NCBI GenBank assembly: GCA_051874035.1
Contig: JBJEFM010000077.1
Span: 1,557-65,556, forward strand
Length of the DNA: 64,000 nucleotides
Reading direction: 5' to 3'
Origin: Bacillus sp. (in: firmicutes)
Lineage (GTDB): Bacteria > Bacillota > Bacilli > Bacillales > DSM-1321
Shown: one piece after another, positions 53,035 through 63,910 of the stretch
Numbering within the stretch: position 1 is the stretch's first letter
How the letters are laid out: each line of letters begins with the position of its first letter
Translations under genes and position numbers: made by a program
Notes under the pieces: model-generated
The model's input: the letters and a program-made list of their open reading frames with translations, nothing else
Told to the model about the DNA's origin: nothing
Database searches by the model: none

Positions 53035-53679
53035 TCATTCATCTTTCTCATCAATATAGAGTTTGCCATTACGGTATATACAAAATGAAATCGAATGAAT
53101 CGAATAGTGCCCTCTTTCATGCAATTCCCGAAATAGCCATTCTTTCGTTCGATTCATATATTTTACATTTTGCAGTTGAATCTCGCCGTCCAATATTAAC
53201 GGAAGAGCCAGCTCCGCTTCTTTCCCCGGCGGCTTCTTCATAACCGTCAATTCCCCGGAAGGTTCAAGAAGAGCAAAAGCCACCTCTGACAAATCAAAAA
53301 TATCCTTGGTTCGCAGTTGTTGCAATAAATCATCAAAATTGTAGCGCTCTTTCCTCATCGCCTTTTCATCTATTTTTCCATTATAGATAATAATCGTCGG
53401 CTTCCCATCTAATAGCTCACGTATTTTTCTATTCTTCAATGAAATATAGGCGAGTGTAATCTGGATTCCGAGCAGAATCAACATTGGTATGAAAGCCTCG
53501 ATCAAGCTTATTTTTAAATCGACAATCGCAACAACCGCCATCTCGGCAATCATCATGAAAACAACTAGATCCAATATGCCAAGCTCGCCGATTTCACGCT
53601 TACCCATCACTCGGAATATCAATAAAATGACAAAGTACATAACAATTGTGCGAAAACTTAAAACCGCTAATGTATTCAT
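53035..53679 (-). CDS. yrbG: DUF421 (YetF/YrbG) membrane protein
   Basis: RVMGKREIGEL, GKPTIII.NGKI, LR.K.IF and LEPSGEL. Confidence 0.88.
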   Translation of the reverse strand: MNTLAVLSFRTIVMYFVILLIFRVMGKREIGELGILDLVVFMMIAEMAVVAIVDLKISLIEAFIPMLILLGIQITLAYISLKNRKIRELLDGKPTIIIYNGKIDEKAMRKERYNFDDLLQQLRTKDIFDLSEVAFALLEPSGELTVMKKPPGKEAELALPLILDGEIQLQNVKYMNRTKEWLFRELHERGHYSIHSISFCIYRNGKLYIDEKDE

Positions 53680-53754
53680 CCATCCACCACCTTACAATCA
53701 TAAGTTCTAGTTCGTCTGATGACTCCCATATTAAAAGGATAGTTTAGGTTATCG

Positions 53755-53783
53755 TTCTAATTATTATTCATCATTCATATGCT
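53755..53783 (+). promoter_or_regulatory. Putative sigma-E promoter of yrzE
   Basis: TTCTAAT-N14-CATATGCT. Confidence 0.5.
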
Positions 53784-53822
53784 TGTACTAAAGTTGGTCT
53801 ACACGACGAAAGGAGTATCCAT

Positions 53823-54212
53823 ATGGAAACACGGAATTTTGGAGTTGCCATTCTTTATGGCACCATGAGCATTTTTATAATGGCTGTTTTTTTTAGTTTC
53901 ATTTTTGCCCTCCTTTTACGTTTCACTTCCCTGACAGAATCATCTCTTTCTTATATGATTTTAATTTTGTCTTTTATTTCCATCTTTATCGGAGGAATTA
54001 TTTCCGGGGGGAAAGGAAAAAGGCAAGGTTGGATCCTGGGCGGGGGAACAGGGCTTTTGTACACAATCATTCTGCTGCTTTTCCAATACCTCGGATATGA
54101 TTCCATGTTCACCACGCGGGAATGGATTCAATCCCTTTGCTATATTGTGACCTGTATGATGGGAGGCATTCTCGGCGTGAACCTCTCCGGCGGCCCTTCT
54201 TCAGCGAAGTGA
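53823..54212 (+). CDS. yrzE: TIGR04086 / YrzE family membrane protein
   Basis: Four TMs with GG.ISG.KGKRQGW..G and GGILGVN. Confidence 0.85.
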   Translation: METRNFGVAILYGTMSIFIMAVFFSFIFALLLRFTSLTESSLSYMILILSFISIFIGGIISGGKGKRQGWILGGGTGLLYTIILLLFQYLGYDSMFTTREWIQSLCYIVTCMMGGILGVNLSGGPSSAK

Positions 54213-54301
54213 TGCGACAATATAAAAGCGTCCCCAGGCAATCTGATTACTTCCGATCACCGGGGACGCTTTCTAATCATATTCAATTTCAATCGCATAG
54301 C

Positions 54302-54514
54302 TTATAAAAACAAATTCAAGATAATAGCTGCCAGCACTATGCATACCATGAGCCCGACCATCGTAAAACCGATAATACGCGTTCCTGACGCTTGCTTTTC
54401 ATCTTTGTGCTTGTGTGCATCCAGCTGATCGATTTCTTCGAATTTCTCATTGGGAGAATAGGTGTGATCATGTTCATTATATGTTTGCTGATGATTTTTT
54501 TTCTGTTTTGCCAT
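54302..54514 (-). CDS. Hypothetical 70-aa protein with a C-terminal TM
   Basis: RBS AAAGGAG, ATG 54514; charged His-containing N-terminus and a hydrophobic C-terminal helix. Confidence 0.6.
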   Translation of the reverse strand: MAKQKKNHQQTYNEHDHTYSPNEKFEEIDQLDAHKHKDEKQASGTRIIGFTMVGLMVCIVLAAIILNLFL

Positions 54515-54619
54515 GTCATTCTCTCCTTTATTTCCGTCCTGCCATCCATTACACGGACTATCCATAAGAACACTTGGGTTTTTCTGATAATTTTACATAA
54601 CCTTACCCTGCTCCATTGT

Positions 54620-54681
54620 TAAATAAACAAAAAAGGAAGCTGTCCCGGTTAACCGGGACAGCTTCCTTTTTTGTTTATTTA
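54620..54681. terminator. Perfect 62-bp palindrome acting as the queA-tgt-yajC terminator
   Basis: TAAATAAACAAAAAAGGAAGCTGTCCCGGTT|AACCGGGACAGCTTCCTTTTTTGTTTATTTA, with no spacer. Confidence 0.85.
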
Positions 54682-54951
54682 GATTGTTTTAGCTTTCTCT
54701 AATACATCGCGGATTGCCGCACGATCGTATGTAAGACGGCTTCCATCGCCACATTTGATGACAACTGTACCTTCATCGATTGCATCCACTAAACCGTGCA
54801 AGCCTCCGATTGTTACAACTTTGTCGCCTTTTTGAAGTTCATTTTGCATAGTAGCAATTGCTTTTTGTCTCTTTTGCTGAGGGCGGATCAATAAGAAGTA
54901 GAACAATACAAACATTAATAGTAAAGGTCCGATAGTACTTAATAGTTCCAT
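54679..54951 (-). CDS. yajC: Preprotein translocase subunit YajC
   Basis: FYFLLIRPQQKRQK and KGDKVVTIGGLHG. Confidence 0.96.
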   Translation of the reverse strand: MELLSTIGPLLLMFVLFYFLLIRPQQKRQKAIATMQNELQKGDKVVTIGGLHGLVDAIDEGTVVIKCGDGSRLTYDRAAIRDVLEKAKTI

Positions 54952-54981
54952 TCCTGTCACTCCTTTCACATTATATTTATT

Positions 54982-56145
<1,164 letters not shown>

Positions 56146-56148
56146 TTA

Positions 56149-57177
56149 CTAAAGAATAAACATCGCATCGCCGAAACTGAAGAAACGGTATTCTTCTTGA
56201 ACGGCATGTTCATAAGCCGCCAGCACCCGTTCTCTTCCGGCTAAAGCGCTAATGAGCATCATTAGCGTCGACTTAGGCAAATGGAAATTTGTAATCATTG
56301 AATCAATCGCTTTAAACTCATAGCCCGGGAAAATAAAAATATCCGTCCAGCCGCTTTCGGCTTTAAACTCGCCGCCATGTCTAGTCGCGATTGTTTCTAG
56401 CGTTCTTGTCGACGTTGTACCGACTGTAATGATCCGTCCATTCTCACGTTTCACTTTATTCAGAAGTTCCGCTGTTTCTTCTGTCATATGATAATATTCA
56501 GCATGCATATCATGGTCGGCAATATCATCCACACTTACAGGACGGAATGTTCCAAGGCCCACGTGCAATGTGATAAATGCTACATGGACGCCCATAGCGC
56601 GCACCTCGTCCAACAATCGTTCCGTGAAATGCAGGCCGGCAGTCGGCGCCGCAGCTGAGCCCCGTTCTTTGGCATAGACCGTTTGGTAGCGGTCTTGTTC
56701 CGCCAGCTGTTCTTTAATATATGGAGGCAGCGGCATTGTGCCCAGTTGATCCAACACTTCGTAGAATACACCATTATAGTCGAACTTTACAATACGTCCA
56801 CCCTGTTCCAGTTCATCCAGACACGTTGCTTTCAATGCTCCGTCGCCGAATACGACTGTTGTTCCCGCCTTCACACGTTTCGCAGGTTTCACAAGCACTT
56901 CCCATACATCTTCTTCATCTTGCTTCAAAAGCAGCATTTCCACTTTGGCGCCTGTATCTTCTTTGATGCCGAAAAGGCGCGCCGGCAATACTTTCGTATC
57001 ATTTAATACAAGGCAATCGCCAGGATTCAGATGCTTTGTAATATCGCTGAATACTTCATCACTTGTTTCTCCTGTTTCTTTGTTCAATACCATTAAACGA
57101 CTAGCTTCTCTATTTTTCAAAGGAGTTTGAGCAATCAATTCCTCCGGTAAATGGAAGTCAAATAAATCGACCTTCAA
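56149..57177 (-). CDS. queA: S-adenosylmethionine:tRNA ribosyltransferase-isomerase
   Basis: [37 protein letters not shown] and FSFGDAM. Start is TTG 57177 or GTG 57186. Confidence 0.97.
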   Translation of the reverse strand: MKVDLFDFHLPEELIAQTPLKNREASRLMVLNKETGETSDEVFSDITKHLNPGDCLVLNDTKVLPARLFGIKEDTGAKVEMLLLKQDEEDVWEVLVKPAKRVKAGTTVVFGDGALKATCLDELEQGGRIVKFDYNGVFYEVLDQLGTMPLPPYIKEQLAEQDRYQTVYAKERGSAAAPTAGLHFTERLLDEVRAMGVHVAFITLHVGLGTFRPVSVDDIADHDMHAEYYHMTEETAELLNKVKRENGRIITVGTTSTRTLETIATRHGGEFKAESGWTDIFIFPGYEFKAIDSMITNFHLPKSTLMMLISALAGRERVLAAYEHAVQEEYRFFSFGDAMFIL

Positions 57178-57235
57178 CTTTGTCACATCCCGTTTCTATC
57201 TATACTATTTTTATTGTAAACCAATCTGCTTCTTT

Positions 57236-57442
57236 TTATCTAAATTTACCAATGATAAAAAATATAGCCGATAACATAACACTTACCACTATACACGTCA
57301 CAACCGGAAAATAAAACGTCGCGTTCTCTTTTTTAATAATAATATCTCCGGGCAGCTTCCCTAATTTAACGAATTGCATGAGAAAGCCCACAACAAGAAG
57401 AACACCGCCAATGACCATCAGTATCTTAGGCAAGCTATTCAT
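57236..57442 (-). CDS. yrzS: DUF2905 family small membrane protein (YrzS)
   Basis: LGKLPGDI......[12 protein letters not shown], between ruvB and queA. Confidence 0.88.
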   Translation of the reverse strand: MNSLPKILMVIGGVLLVVGFLMQFVKLGKLPGDIIIKKENATFYFPVVTCIVVSVMLSAIFFIIGKFR

Positions 57443-58446
57443 GAAGGGGCCGCCTCCAGTCCAAAGTGTTCATATGCACTGGCTGTAGCCATTCTACCAC
57501 GCGGCGTCCGCTGCAAGAAACCAATCTGCAATAGATAAGGTTCATATACTTCTTCGATCGTTGCCGCTTCTTCGCCTATGCTAGAGGCGATTGTTTCTAC
57601 ACCGACCGGGCCGCCTCTGAACTTCTCTATAATTCCTTTTAATAGCTTATGATCAATATGATCCAATCCCAGGCGGTCCACTTGCATCAACTCTAACGAA
57701 TAATGAGCCAGCTCAATAGTGATTTCGCCCGTTCCCTTTACCTGAGCAAAATCACGGACACGGCGAAGCAGGCGATTCGCAATCCTTGGCGTCCCTCTCG
57801 ACCTTCTGGCGATTTCAAGAGCTGCCACATCCTCTAGATCCGTTTGCAGCAGATTGGCCGTCCTGGTGACGATGCTTTGCAATTGCTCTTCCGTATAATA
57901 TTCCAAGCGGCTCAGCACACCGAATCGATCTCTAAGCGGCGCCGATAAAGCCCCCGCCCGCGTCGTTGCGCCAACCAATGTAAACGGAGGCAGGTCTAAA
58001 CGGACACTGCGGGCTTGCGGACCTTTTCCGATGACAATATCCAAGCAGAAGTCCTCCATCGCCGGATACAGGACTTCTTCCACCGCTCTCGGCAAACGGT
58101 GGATTTCATCTATGAACAGCACATCCCCCGGCTCGAGCGCCGTCAGAATAGCCGCCAAATCGCCCGGCCTTTCGATGGCAGGACCGGCCGTCGTCCGGAT
58201 GTTCACGCCCATCTCGTTCGCAATGATGGTAGCAAGCGTTGTTTTCCCTAAACCTGGAGGACCATAAAGAAGAACATGGTCCAATGTTTCTTGCCTCATC
58301 TTTGCGGCTTCGATAAATACTTGTAGATTTTCTTTTACTTTGCTTTGTCCGATATATTGCTTGAGCTGCTGCGGACGTAAGCTTGTTTCGAAAGAAAGTT
58401 CTTCTGATTCTGCTTCCGATTGAACAATACGTTCACGTTCTTCCAT
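57439..58446 (-). CDS. ruvB: Holliday junction branch migration ATPase RuvB
   Basis: LRPQ...[19 protein letters not shown] and RTPRGR. Confidence 0.98.
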   Translation of the reverse strand: MEERERIVQSEAESEELSFETSLRPQQLKQYIGQSKVKENLQVFIEAAKMRQETLDHVLLYGPPGLGKTTLATIIANEMGVNIRTTAGPAIERPGDLAAILTALEPGDVLFIDEIHRLPRAVEEVLYPAMEDFCLDIVIGKGPQARSVRLDLPPFTLVGATTRAGALSAPLRDRFGVLSRLEYYTEEQLQSIVTRTANLLQTDLEDVAALEIARRSRGTPRIANRLLRRVRDFAQVKGTGEITIELAHYSLELMQVDRLGLDHIDHKLLKGIIEKFRGGPVGVETIASSIGEEAATIEEVYEPYLLQIGFLQRTPRGRMATASAYEHFGLEAAPS

Positions 58447-58458
58447 GCCTCACACCTC

Positions 58459-59058
58459 CTATTTCAAAAGCAGCTGCAATGCCATTTTAATATACTCTTC
58501 TGTTGTTTTGATTTCTTTTTGCAATACCTTGCTTACTTTTGTAATTTCTCTATCTGAATAGCCTAGTGCTTTCAACGCCTCCATCGCTTCTTCCAGTTGC
58601 TCATTCGTCGTTGGCATGACTTCTACATCATTAAATAGATTCGGGAAGTAATCCGGCACGATATTCTCTAGTTTCCCTTTTAAATCAAGAATCATTTGGC
58701 TGGCTGTCTTCTTGCCTACGCCGGGAAATTTAACGAGGAATTTATCATCTTCATTCTCGATTGCCTGGACGACCTGAGCCACTTGTCCGGAAGCAAGGAT
58801 CGCCAATGCCCCTTTCGGCCCGATTCCCGTTACATTGAGCAGCTTCTCAAACAACGCTTTCTCTTCACGCGTCTTGAACCCATACAATGCCACTAGGTCT
58901 TCCCTTACATAATGATACGTATATACGCATTCTTGTTTTCCGTTCACAGAAAAAATAAAAGGATTAGGTGTCATGATGCGATACCCGATCCCGCCATTTT
59001 CGATGACAATATATTGCGGTGCGATGAATTCGACCGTTCCTTTAATATAATCGTACAA
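58459..59058 (-). CDS. ruvA: Holliday junction binding protein RuvA
   Basis: GGIGY, LYGF, HhH motifs GIGPKGA and GVGKKTA, and AL.ALGY. Confidence 0.97.
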   Translation of the reverse strand: MYDYIKGTVEFIAPQYIVIENGGIGYRIMTPNPFIFSVNGKQECVYTYHYVREDLVALYGFKTREEKALFEKLLNVTGIGPKGALAILASGQVAQVVQAIENEDDKFLVKFPGVGKKTASQMILDLKGKLENIVPDYFPNLFNDVEVMPTTNEQLEEAMEALKALGYSDREITKVSKVLQKEIKTTEEYIKMALQLLLK

Positions 59059-59166
59059 ACTCGCTCTCTCCTATCGTTTACTGTTACTAATTTTAACATA
59101 GTTTATATAAGATGTTTACAGTTTAGGAACAAAGAAAAAATGGAGCTCCCAAATAGCTCCATTCTC

Positions 59167-59673
59167 TTATTCCCTATATGGTTTAAACGTCTCCAATACC
59201 TCTTCATACCGCTTCCTGTCTTTCACCCGGATGCCTTCTACAAGCTCGTGGTGCGCTTTGGCTTCCAACATTTCCACATTTATATGAAAGAAAGATTGAA
59301 TAACATCCGCTTCTGTGGGCTTGCCATTAAAAATAGAAAGCGCCCCCTCCTCGGTAATGCCGAAATATCCATTCGCCTTCAACAAAGGGGAAATATCATC
59401 GCTATATTTTTGAAAAACAAACTCTTTATCTGACTGGGATAGAAGAGTATAATCCTTATACTCTGAAATGATCGCTTGGGAATCCGCTTCCTTGAAGAGA
59501 ATTTCCTCACTATATTCGCCATCTAGATACATAGTTTGGATAATTATTTTCTTCAAGTGGTCGCTGTAGAAAGTAGGACTATCTTTCATATCCCAAGCCG
59601 ACAAAAAGAATAATACAATTATACTTATGAGACAAGTGACATACGCCTTTTTGCTAATGTGCCTTCTATACAT
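59167..59673 (-). CDS. bofC: Bypass-of-forespore protein C
   Basis: YLDGE.SEE, DDISPLLKANGYFG and IQSFF.I; upstream of ruvA as in B. subtilis. Confidence 0.9.
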   Translation of the reverse strand: MYRRHISKKAYVTCLISIIVLFFLSAWDMKDSPTFYSDHLKKIIIQTMYLDGEYSEEILFKEADSQAIISEYKDYTLLSQSDKEFVFQKYSDDISPLLKANGYFGITEEGALSIFNGKPTEADVIQSFFHINVEMLEAKAHHELVEGIRVKDRKRYEEVLETFKPYRE

Positions 59674-59829
59674 ATTCTCACCTCAAGATTAACCGATTTA
59701 ATCATCATTGCATTATCATTCCCATTCTTACTGAATCTATCCCAGACAAAAAAACCAACCCTTTCGCCAATCAACAGACGATGGTCAGTTTTTTCGCACT
59801 TTATCCAATGAAAAAATGGCTTCTTTCCC

Positions 59830-60798
59830 CTATAACATCCCGGCAATCTCTTTGTATAGCTTTGTGCGGTGCTTCCATTCCCCGGCTGTCAATTTCCAAA
59901 CCGAATGCAAATACCGATTATCTTTCAAAGCGTTATCCTTAATGATCCGATTCCACTCACGGAAAATATCTGTAGGAAATAGTAACGCATAGAGAAAGGC
60001 CGGATTGTCTTTATAACGCTGTAATTGCTTATAAGAAAATAGCTCTTTGCTATCTGCCAAGAACGGCATAATACGGTTGCTGTACTGCAAATAATCGATA
60101 AGCGGAGGAGCTTTACTGATCAAATCGAAATCAATAATATTCAAGGAGCCGTCCGCTTTCAAGAAGAAATTATGATGAGCCACATCGCCATGTACGATGC
60201 ATAGCGGTTCCTTATATAAATCCCGTTCGTATTTCACTAAACCGGCAAGCGACTTCTTTCCCCAATCCAGCCATGATTCAATATAAGAAGATTTCACATA
60301 CTTGCGGACGATTGAGCTATTATATTTGAAATCATCCAGCCGCTCCTCCCATTTTTCCACCTGATCGAAGCGGTTTACCGGAATTTGCTCATAGAACGTG
60401 CTTGTCGCAGAATGAAATTCCTCCAATAAATAAAGCCCTTTCGATCGATTGCTGGAGGTTTGGAATGAGAATTTCTCACTTTTCGGCTTTAAATATTCAA
60501 TCCACGCATATATTTCACCGTCATATTTAAATGTGGGCATATCCCTGACAAAATTATATGTTTTATAAAAACCTCTATCTTCCAACTTCTTTAGCAACAC
60601 GCTTTGCGCTTCCAACTTGTGGCGATTGTGGAAACCTTTTAAAAGATACTTGCCGCGCGTCGTATAAATGATAAATACATTGCTTCTTAACTCTTTGATT
60701 TTCCGAACCCGTTCTCCCGTTTCTTTTATAGCCTTTTCGAGACGCGTGCGGAAGACACCGTCTCCTCTATTATAATTAATAGAACTCACCGCTTTCAT
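59830..60798 (-). CDS. APH/choline-kinase-fold phosphotransferase (spore-kinase-like)
   Basis: YLLK, HGDVAHHN (Brenner motif) and IIDFD. The probable start ATG 60798 overlaps the end of safA by 23 nt. Confidence 0.8.
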   Translation of the reverse strand: MKAVSSINYNRGDGVFRTRLEKAIKETGERVRKIKELRSNVFIIYTTRGKYLLKGFHNRHKLEAQSVLLKKLEDRGFYKTYNFVRDMPTFKYDGEIYAWIEYLKPKSEKFSFQTSSNRSKGLYLLEEFHSATSTFYEQIPVNRFDQVEKWEERLDDFKYNSSIVRKYVKSSYIESWLDWGKKSLAGLVKYERDLYKEPLCIVHGDVAHHNFFLKADGSLNIIDFDLISKAPPLIDYLQYSNRIMPFLADSKELFSYKQLQRYKDNPAFLYALLFPTDIFREWNRIIKDNALKDNRYLHSVWKLTAGEWKHRTKLYKEIAGML

Positions 60799-62458
60799 CC
60801 GCATATTTTGGCATATGGAACGCTTCAGAAGCTGCGGCTTGGCGCTGTTCATCCGCGAATAATGGCTCTTCGTCTCTTCCGAACATCGCTTGCTGTCCAA
60901 ACGGGGTCAGAACGGGTTGACTACTGTTCTCTGGACCTGGCACTTGTCTCATATTCATTTGGCTCGGCTGAAGTTGTTGCGGCGCATTCATTGGATTTAT
61001 TTGATACATCGGCTGTGAGGTATTCATCGGATTCATCTGATACGGTTGCTGCGGCATTTGCGGTGCGTTCATCGGGTTCATTTGATACGGCTGCTGCGGC
61101 ATTTGCGCTGCATTCATCGGGTTCATTTGATACGGCTGCTGCGGCATTTGCGGTGCGTTCATCGGGTTCATTTGATACGGCTGCTGCGGCATTTGCGGTG
61201 CGTTCATCGGATTTGTTTGATACGGCTGCTGCGGCATTTGCGGTGCGTTCATCGGCTTCGTTTGATATGGCTGCTGCGGCATTTGCGGTGCGTTCATCGG
61301 CTTCGTTTGATATGGCTGCTGCGGCATTTGCGGCGTGTTCATTGAGGCCTCTTTATACATTGGCTGCGATATTGTCTTCGCTTGGCTCATGACTGGACTG
61401 CTGCTGGAAGACTCCTCGCATCCGCAGTCTGACTCCTGCCCTACTTGCGGGTGATAAGTCATCATCGGCTGCATCATCGTTGGTGAATAATGCCCCGGAT
61501 AGTTTGAAGATTCAACCCCAATATGCGAAGAAGACTCCATAGTAAAAGAAGACGAAGATTCAATATGATGATGCATTCCATGCGCCGGCGTTTCCGGAGC
61601 CGGGGATGTATATTGATAAGGGCTGTAATTATAGATAGGCGCCATTGCCATCGGCTCCGGCGATCCCGCCATGTATGTTCCATAGTATGGCTTTGCCATA
61701 TGTGCATGTGATTCGAAAAGACTTGAACTTTCTTTCTCGCACAACGGTTGAATCATCTGATTAGGCACCGGCTCGCAGAATTGATGGCAAATGGGATAAA
61801 TCGGCATACAGAACCCATCCCCCGGCATAATCGGTGTAACGGCGACACACTCTTCTTGCACCATCGGCATTTTTGGCTGTGGTATCGGCTTTGGCGCTTC
61901 CTTTACAATTGGTTTTGGCTGTGGCTTCGGAACAGTCATATGTGCCATATTGACCGTGTAATAATTATTGATGTCGATTTCAGAAATAATCGGTTGCGGC
62001 ATCACCGGCATCGGCTTTTCTTTCACGACCGGGGCCATGGGTTTCGGTGCCTCTTTCACAATTGGCTTTGCCACAATCGGCTTTGGCGCCTCTTTCACGA
62101 TTGGCTGCACTACACTTGGCTTCGGTGCCTCTTTTACGATTGGCTGCACTACACTTGGCTTCGGTGCCTCTTTTACGATTGGCTGCACTGCGCTCGGCTT
62201 CGGCGCTTCTTTCACTATAGGTTTCAATACATTCGGCTTAATTGCCTCTTTTTTTGAACCTACATTTATTTTCGTGTTGGGCGAGGCTGAAGGGCTTTTC
62301 GCTGCCCCTGCGCTTGGAATTTTAAGTTTCATGCCCGGCATGATCATGTCCGGATTACTGAGCTGGGAATTCATCTTTTTCAACTCTTCGAAATCTACAC
62401 CATACTTCTTAGCGAGTTTCCAAAGTGTGTCTCCTTTTTGGACAATGTGTATCTTCAC
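60776..62458 (-). CDS. safA: Spore coat morphogenetic protein SafA/ExsA
   Basis: N-terminal LysM MKIHIVQKGDTLWKLAKKYGVDFEELKK.N..LSNPD.IMPGMK, IDINNYY motif and Pro/Gln/Met-rich repeats. Confidence 0.92.
   Translation of the reverse strand: MKIHIVQKGDTLWKLAKKYGVDFEELKKMNSQLSNPDMIMPGMKLKIPSAGAAKSPSASPNTKINVGSKKEAIKPNVLKPIVKEAPKPSAVQPIVKEAPKPSVVQPIVKEAPKPSVVQPIVKEAPKPIVAKPIVKEAPKPMAPVVKEKPMPVMPQPIISEIDINNYYTVNMAHMTVPKPQPKPIVKEAPKPIPQPKMPMVQEECVAVTPIMPGDGFCMPIYPICHQFCEPVPNQMIQPLCEKESSSLFESHAHMAKPYYGTYMAGSPEPMAMAPIYNYSPYQYTSPAPETPAHGMHHHIESSSSFTMESSSHIGVESSNYPGHYSPTMMQPMMTYHPQVGQESDCGCEESSSSSPVMSQAKTISQPMYKEASMNTPQMPQQPYQTKPMNAPQMPQQPYQTKPMNAPQMPQQPYQTNPMNAPQMPQQPYQMNPMNAPQMPQQPYQMNPMNAAQMPQQPYQMNPMNAPQMPQQPYQMNPMNTSQPMYQINPMNAPQQLQPSQMNMRQVPGPENSSQPVLTPFGQQAMFGRDEEPLFADEQRQAAASEAFHMPKYADESGEFY
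61016..61330 (-). repeat. Seven 45-bp coding tandem repeats in safA (QMPQQPYQxxPMNAP)
   Basis: ATTTGCG anchors at 61056, 61101, 61146, 61191, 61236, 61281 and 61326. Confidence 0.93.
62030..62225 (-). repeat. Five 39-bp coding tandem repeats in safA (xPIVKEAPKPxxx)
   Basis: KPIVKEAPKPSAV/QPIVKEAPKPSVV x2/QPIVKEAPKPIVA/KPIVKEAPKPMAP. Confidence 0.92.
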
Positions 62459-62489
62459 GGTGTTTTCCCTCCTATGCGAATGTCCTTAT

Positions 62490-62497
62490 ATACTATG
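62490..62497 (-). promoter_or_regulatory. Sigma-E-like -10 element upstream of safA
   Basis: CATAGTAT ~30 nt upstream of the start; no clear -35. Confidence 0.4.
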
Positions 62498-62663
62498 AAG
62501 AATTAGGCAAAGTGCTAATGTTTTTCAAGAAAACTTATGCTTTTCCGTTACTGAATATGAATGGAGAAGTGTGCTTTATGAAAATATAGGAGTCTCTTAT
62601 ATTTTCTACAAAGAAAAAAGAGGTTGGCCAAAAACGTCTTACGTATCTGGCAACCTCTTTTTC

Positions 62664-63269
62664 TTATAAAGTTACTTTACTTTTATTAGCCATTACTTTT
62701 CTCACGGCAATATATCCGGCAATAATCACCACAAGGGCTCCGGCAATCGGAAATGCATACTTATCAAAGACTTGTCCAGCTTGTTCCCAATTCTCCCCAA
62801 GCTTGAATCCTAAATAAAGATAGAAGTATGTAATGGGATACATCGCAATAAAAGTGTACATACTGAATTTCGTCAAACTCATCTTCATCATCCCACAAGG
62901 AATGGATATGGCTGTACGGACTACCGGCAGGAATCTTGCAAAGAAAGCCACACCCGGTCCATACTTATCGAAGAATTGGTCTGCCGCCTTAATTTGCTTA
63001 TCATTCACCAAGAAGTATTTACCGTACTTCACCACTAACGGTCTTCCCCCATAACGGCCTAATGCATATAACGTTATCGGCCCGATTGTACCGCCGACCG
63101 TCCCGGCAAGCGCCAATAAGTGGATATTGAAATCGCCTTGCGAGACCCAATAACCAGCCATCGGCAACACAATCTCGGCTGGTATAAATTCAAAACATAA
63201 CGCTAACAACACGCCGAAATATGAAAACTGCTGAAAAAACTCTATAAACATTAAGATATAATCTGACAT
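62664..63269 (-). CDS. DedA family membrane protein
   Basis: FIPAEIVLPMAGY, YALGRYGGR and FFARFLPVVRTAISIPCG. Confidence 0.93.
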   Translation of the reverse strand: MSDYILMFIEFFQQFSYFGVLLALCFEFIPAEIVLPMAGYWVSQGDFNIHLLALAGTVGGTIGPITLYALGRYGGRPLVVKYGKYFLVNDKQIKAADQFFDKYGPGVAFFARFLPVVRTAISIPCGMMKMSLTKFSMYTFIAMYPITYFYLYLGFKLGENWEQAGQVFDKYAFPIAGALVVIIAGYIAVRKVMANKSKVTL

Positions 63270-63355
63270 ATATTCACCCCTAAATGTTCTACAATTTCTA
63301 ATTATAATTTTTATTCACCAAAAAATAAAACGTTTTGTCGGATTTTAAGAAAAAC

Positions 63356-63407
63356 TTAATAATAGAAAAACCTTATATCCGCAAATATAAGGTTTTTCTA
63401 TTATTAA
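63356..63407. terminator. Perfect 23-bp-arm inverted repeat / terminator after queF
   Basis: TTAATAATAGAAAAACCTTATAT-CCGCAA-ATATAAGGTTTTTCTATTATTAA. Confidence 0.82.
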
Positions 63408-63910
63408 CGATTATCGATTTTCTCCGGATACAGATCATGGTTCATCAAGCGATGATGGGCCATTTCTTCAAACTTAGTGCCCGGCTTTCCGTAATTGCAA
63501 TAAGGATCAATACTGATGCCTCCGCGAGGTGTGAATTTCCCCCACACTTCAATGTATTTCGGATCCATCAGGCTGATTAAGTCTTTCATGATGACATTCA
63601 TGCAGTCTTCGTGGAAATCCCCATGATTTCTGAAGCTGAATAGATACAACTTCAATGATTTACTTTCCACCATTTTCGGTCCGGGAATGTAACTGATATA
63701 AATCGTCGCGAAATCAGGCTGTCCTGTGATTGGGCAAAGGCTGGTGAATTCAGGGCAGTTGAGTTTAACGAAATAATCGTTGCCGCTATGCTTGTTATCG
63801 AACACTTCCAGAATACCGGGGTCATACATGTATGTATACTTTGTCCCTTGATTGCCGAGCAGTGTCACCCCCTCTAATTCCTCGTTGCTTCTGCCTTGAT
63901 TATGCATCAT
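63404..63910 (-). CDS. queF: NADPH-dependent 7-cyano-7-deazaguanine reductase (type I QueF)
   Basis: [16 protein letters not shown] (catalytic Cys), [14 protein letters not shown] and FTPRGG. Confidence 0.97.
   Translation of the reverse strand: MMHNQGRSNEELEGVTLLGNQGTKYTYMYDPGILEVFDNKHSGNDYFVKLNCPEFTSLCPITGQPDFATIYISYIPGPKMVESKSLKLYLFSFRNHGDFHEDCMNVIMKDLISLMDPKYIEVWGKFTPRGGISIDPYCNYGKPGTKFEEMAHHRLMNHDLYPEKIDNR

Noticed and set aside
59092-59106. LexA (Cheo) box upstream of ruvA: AAAC-TAT-GTTAA
   Set aside because: The spacer is 3 nt instead of the 4 required by GAAC-N4-GTTC, and the half-sites are degenerate.
60808-62498. Long plus-strand repetitive ORFs (60808-61392, 61046-61345, 61748-62257, 61968-62498)
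   Set aside because: Antisense shadows of the stop-free safA tandem repeats.
63270-63355. preQ1 riboswitch near queF
   Set aside because: This spacer is downstream of queF and shows no preQ1 motif; any riboswitch would lie upstream of queC, outside the window.
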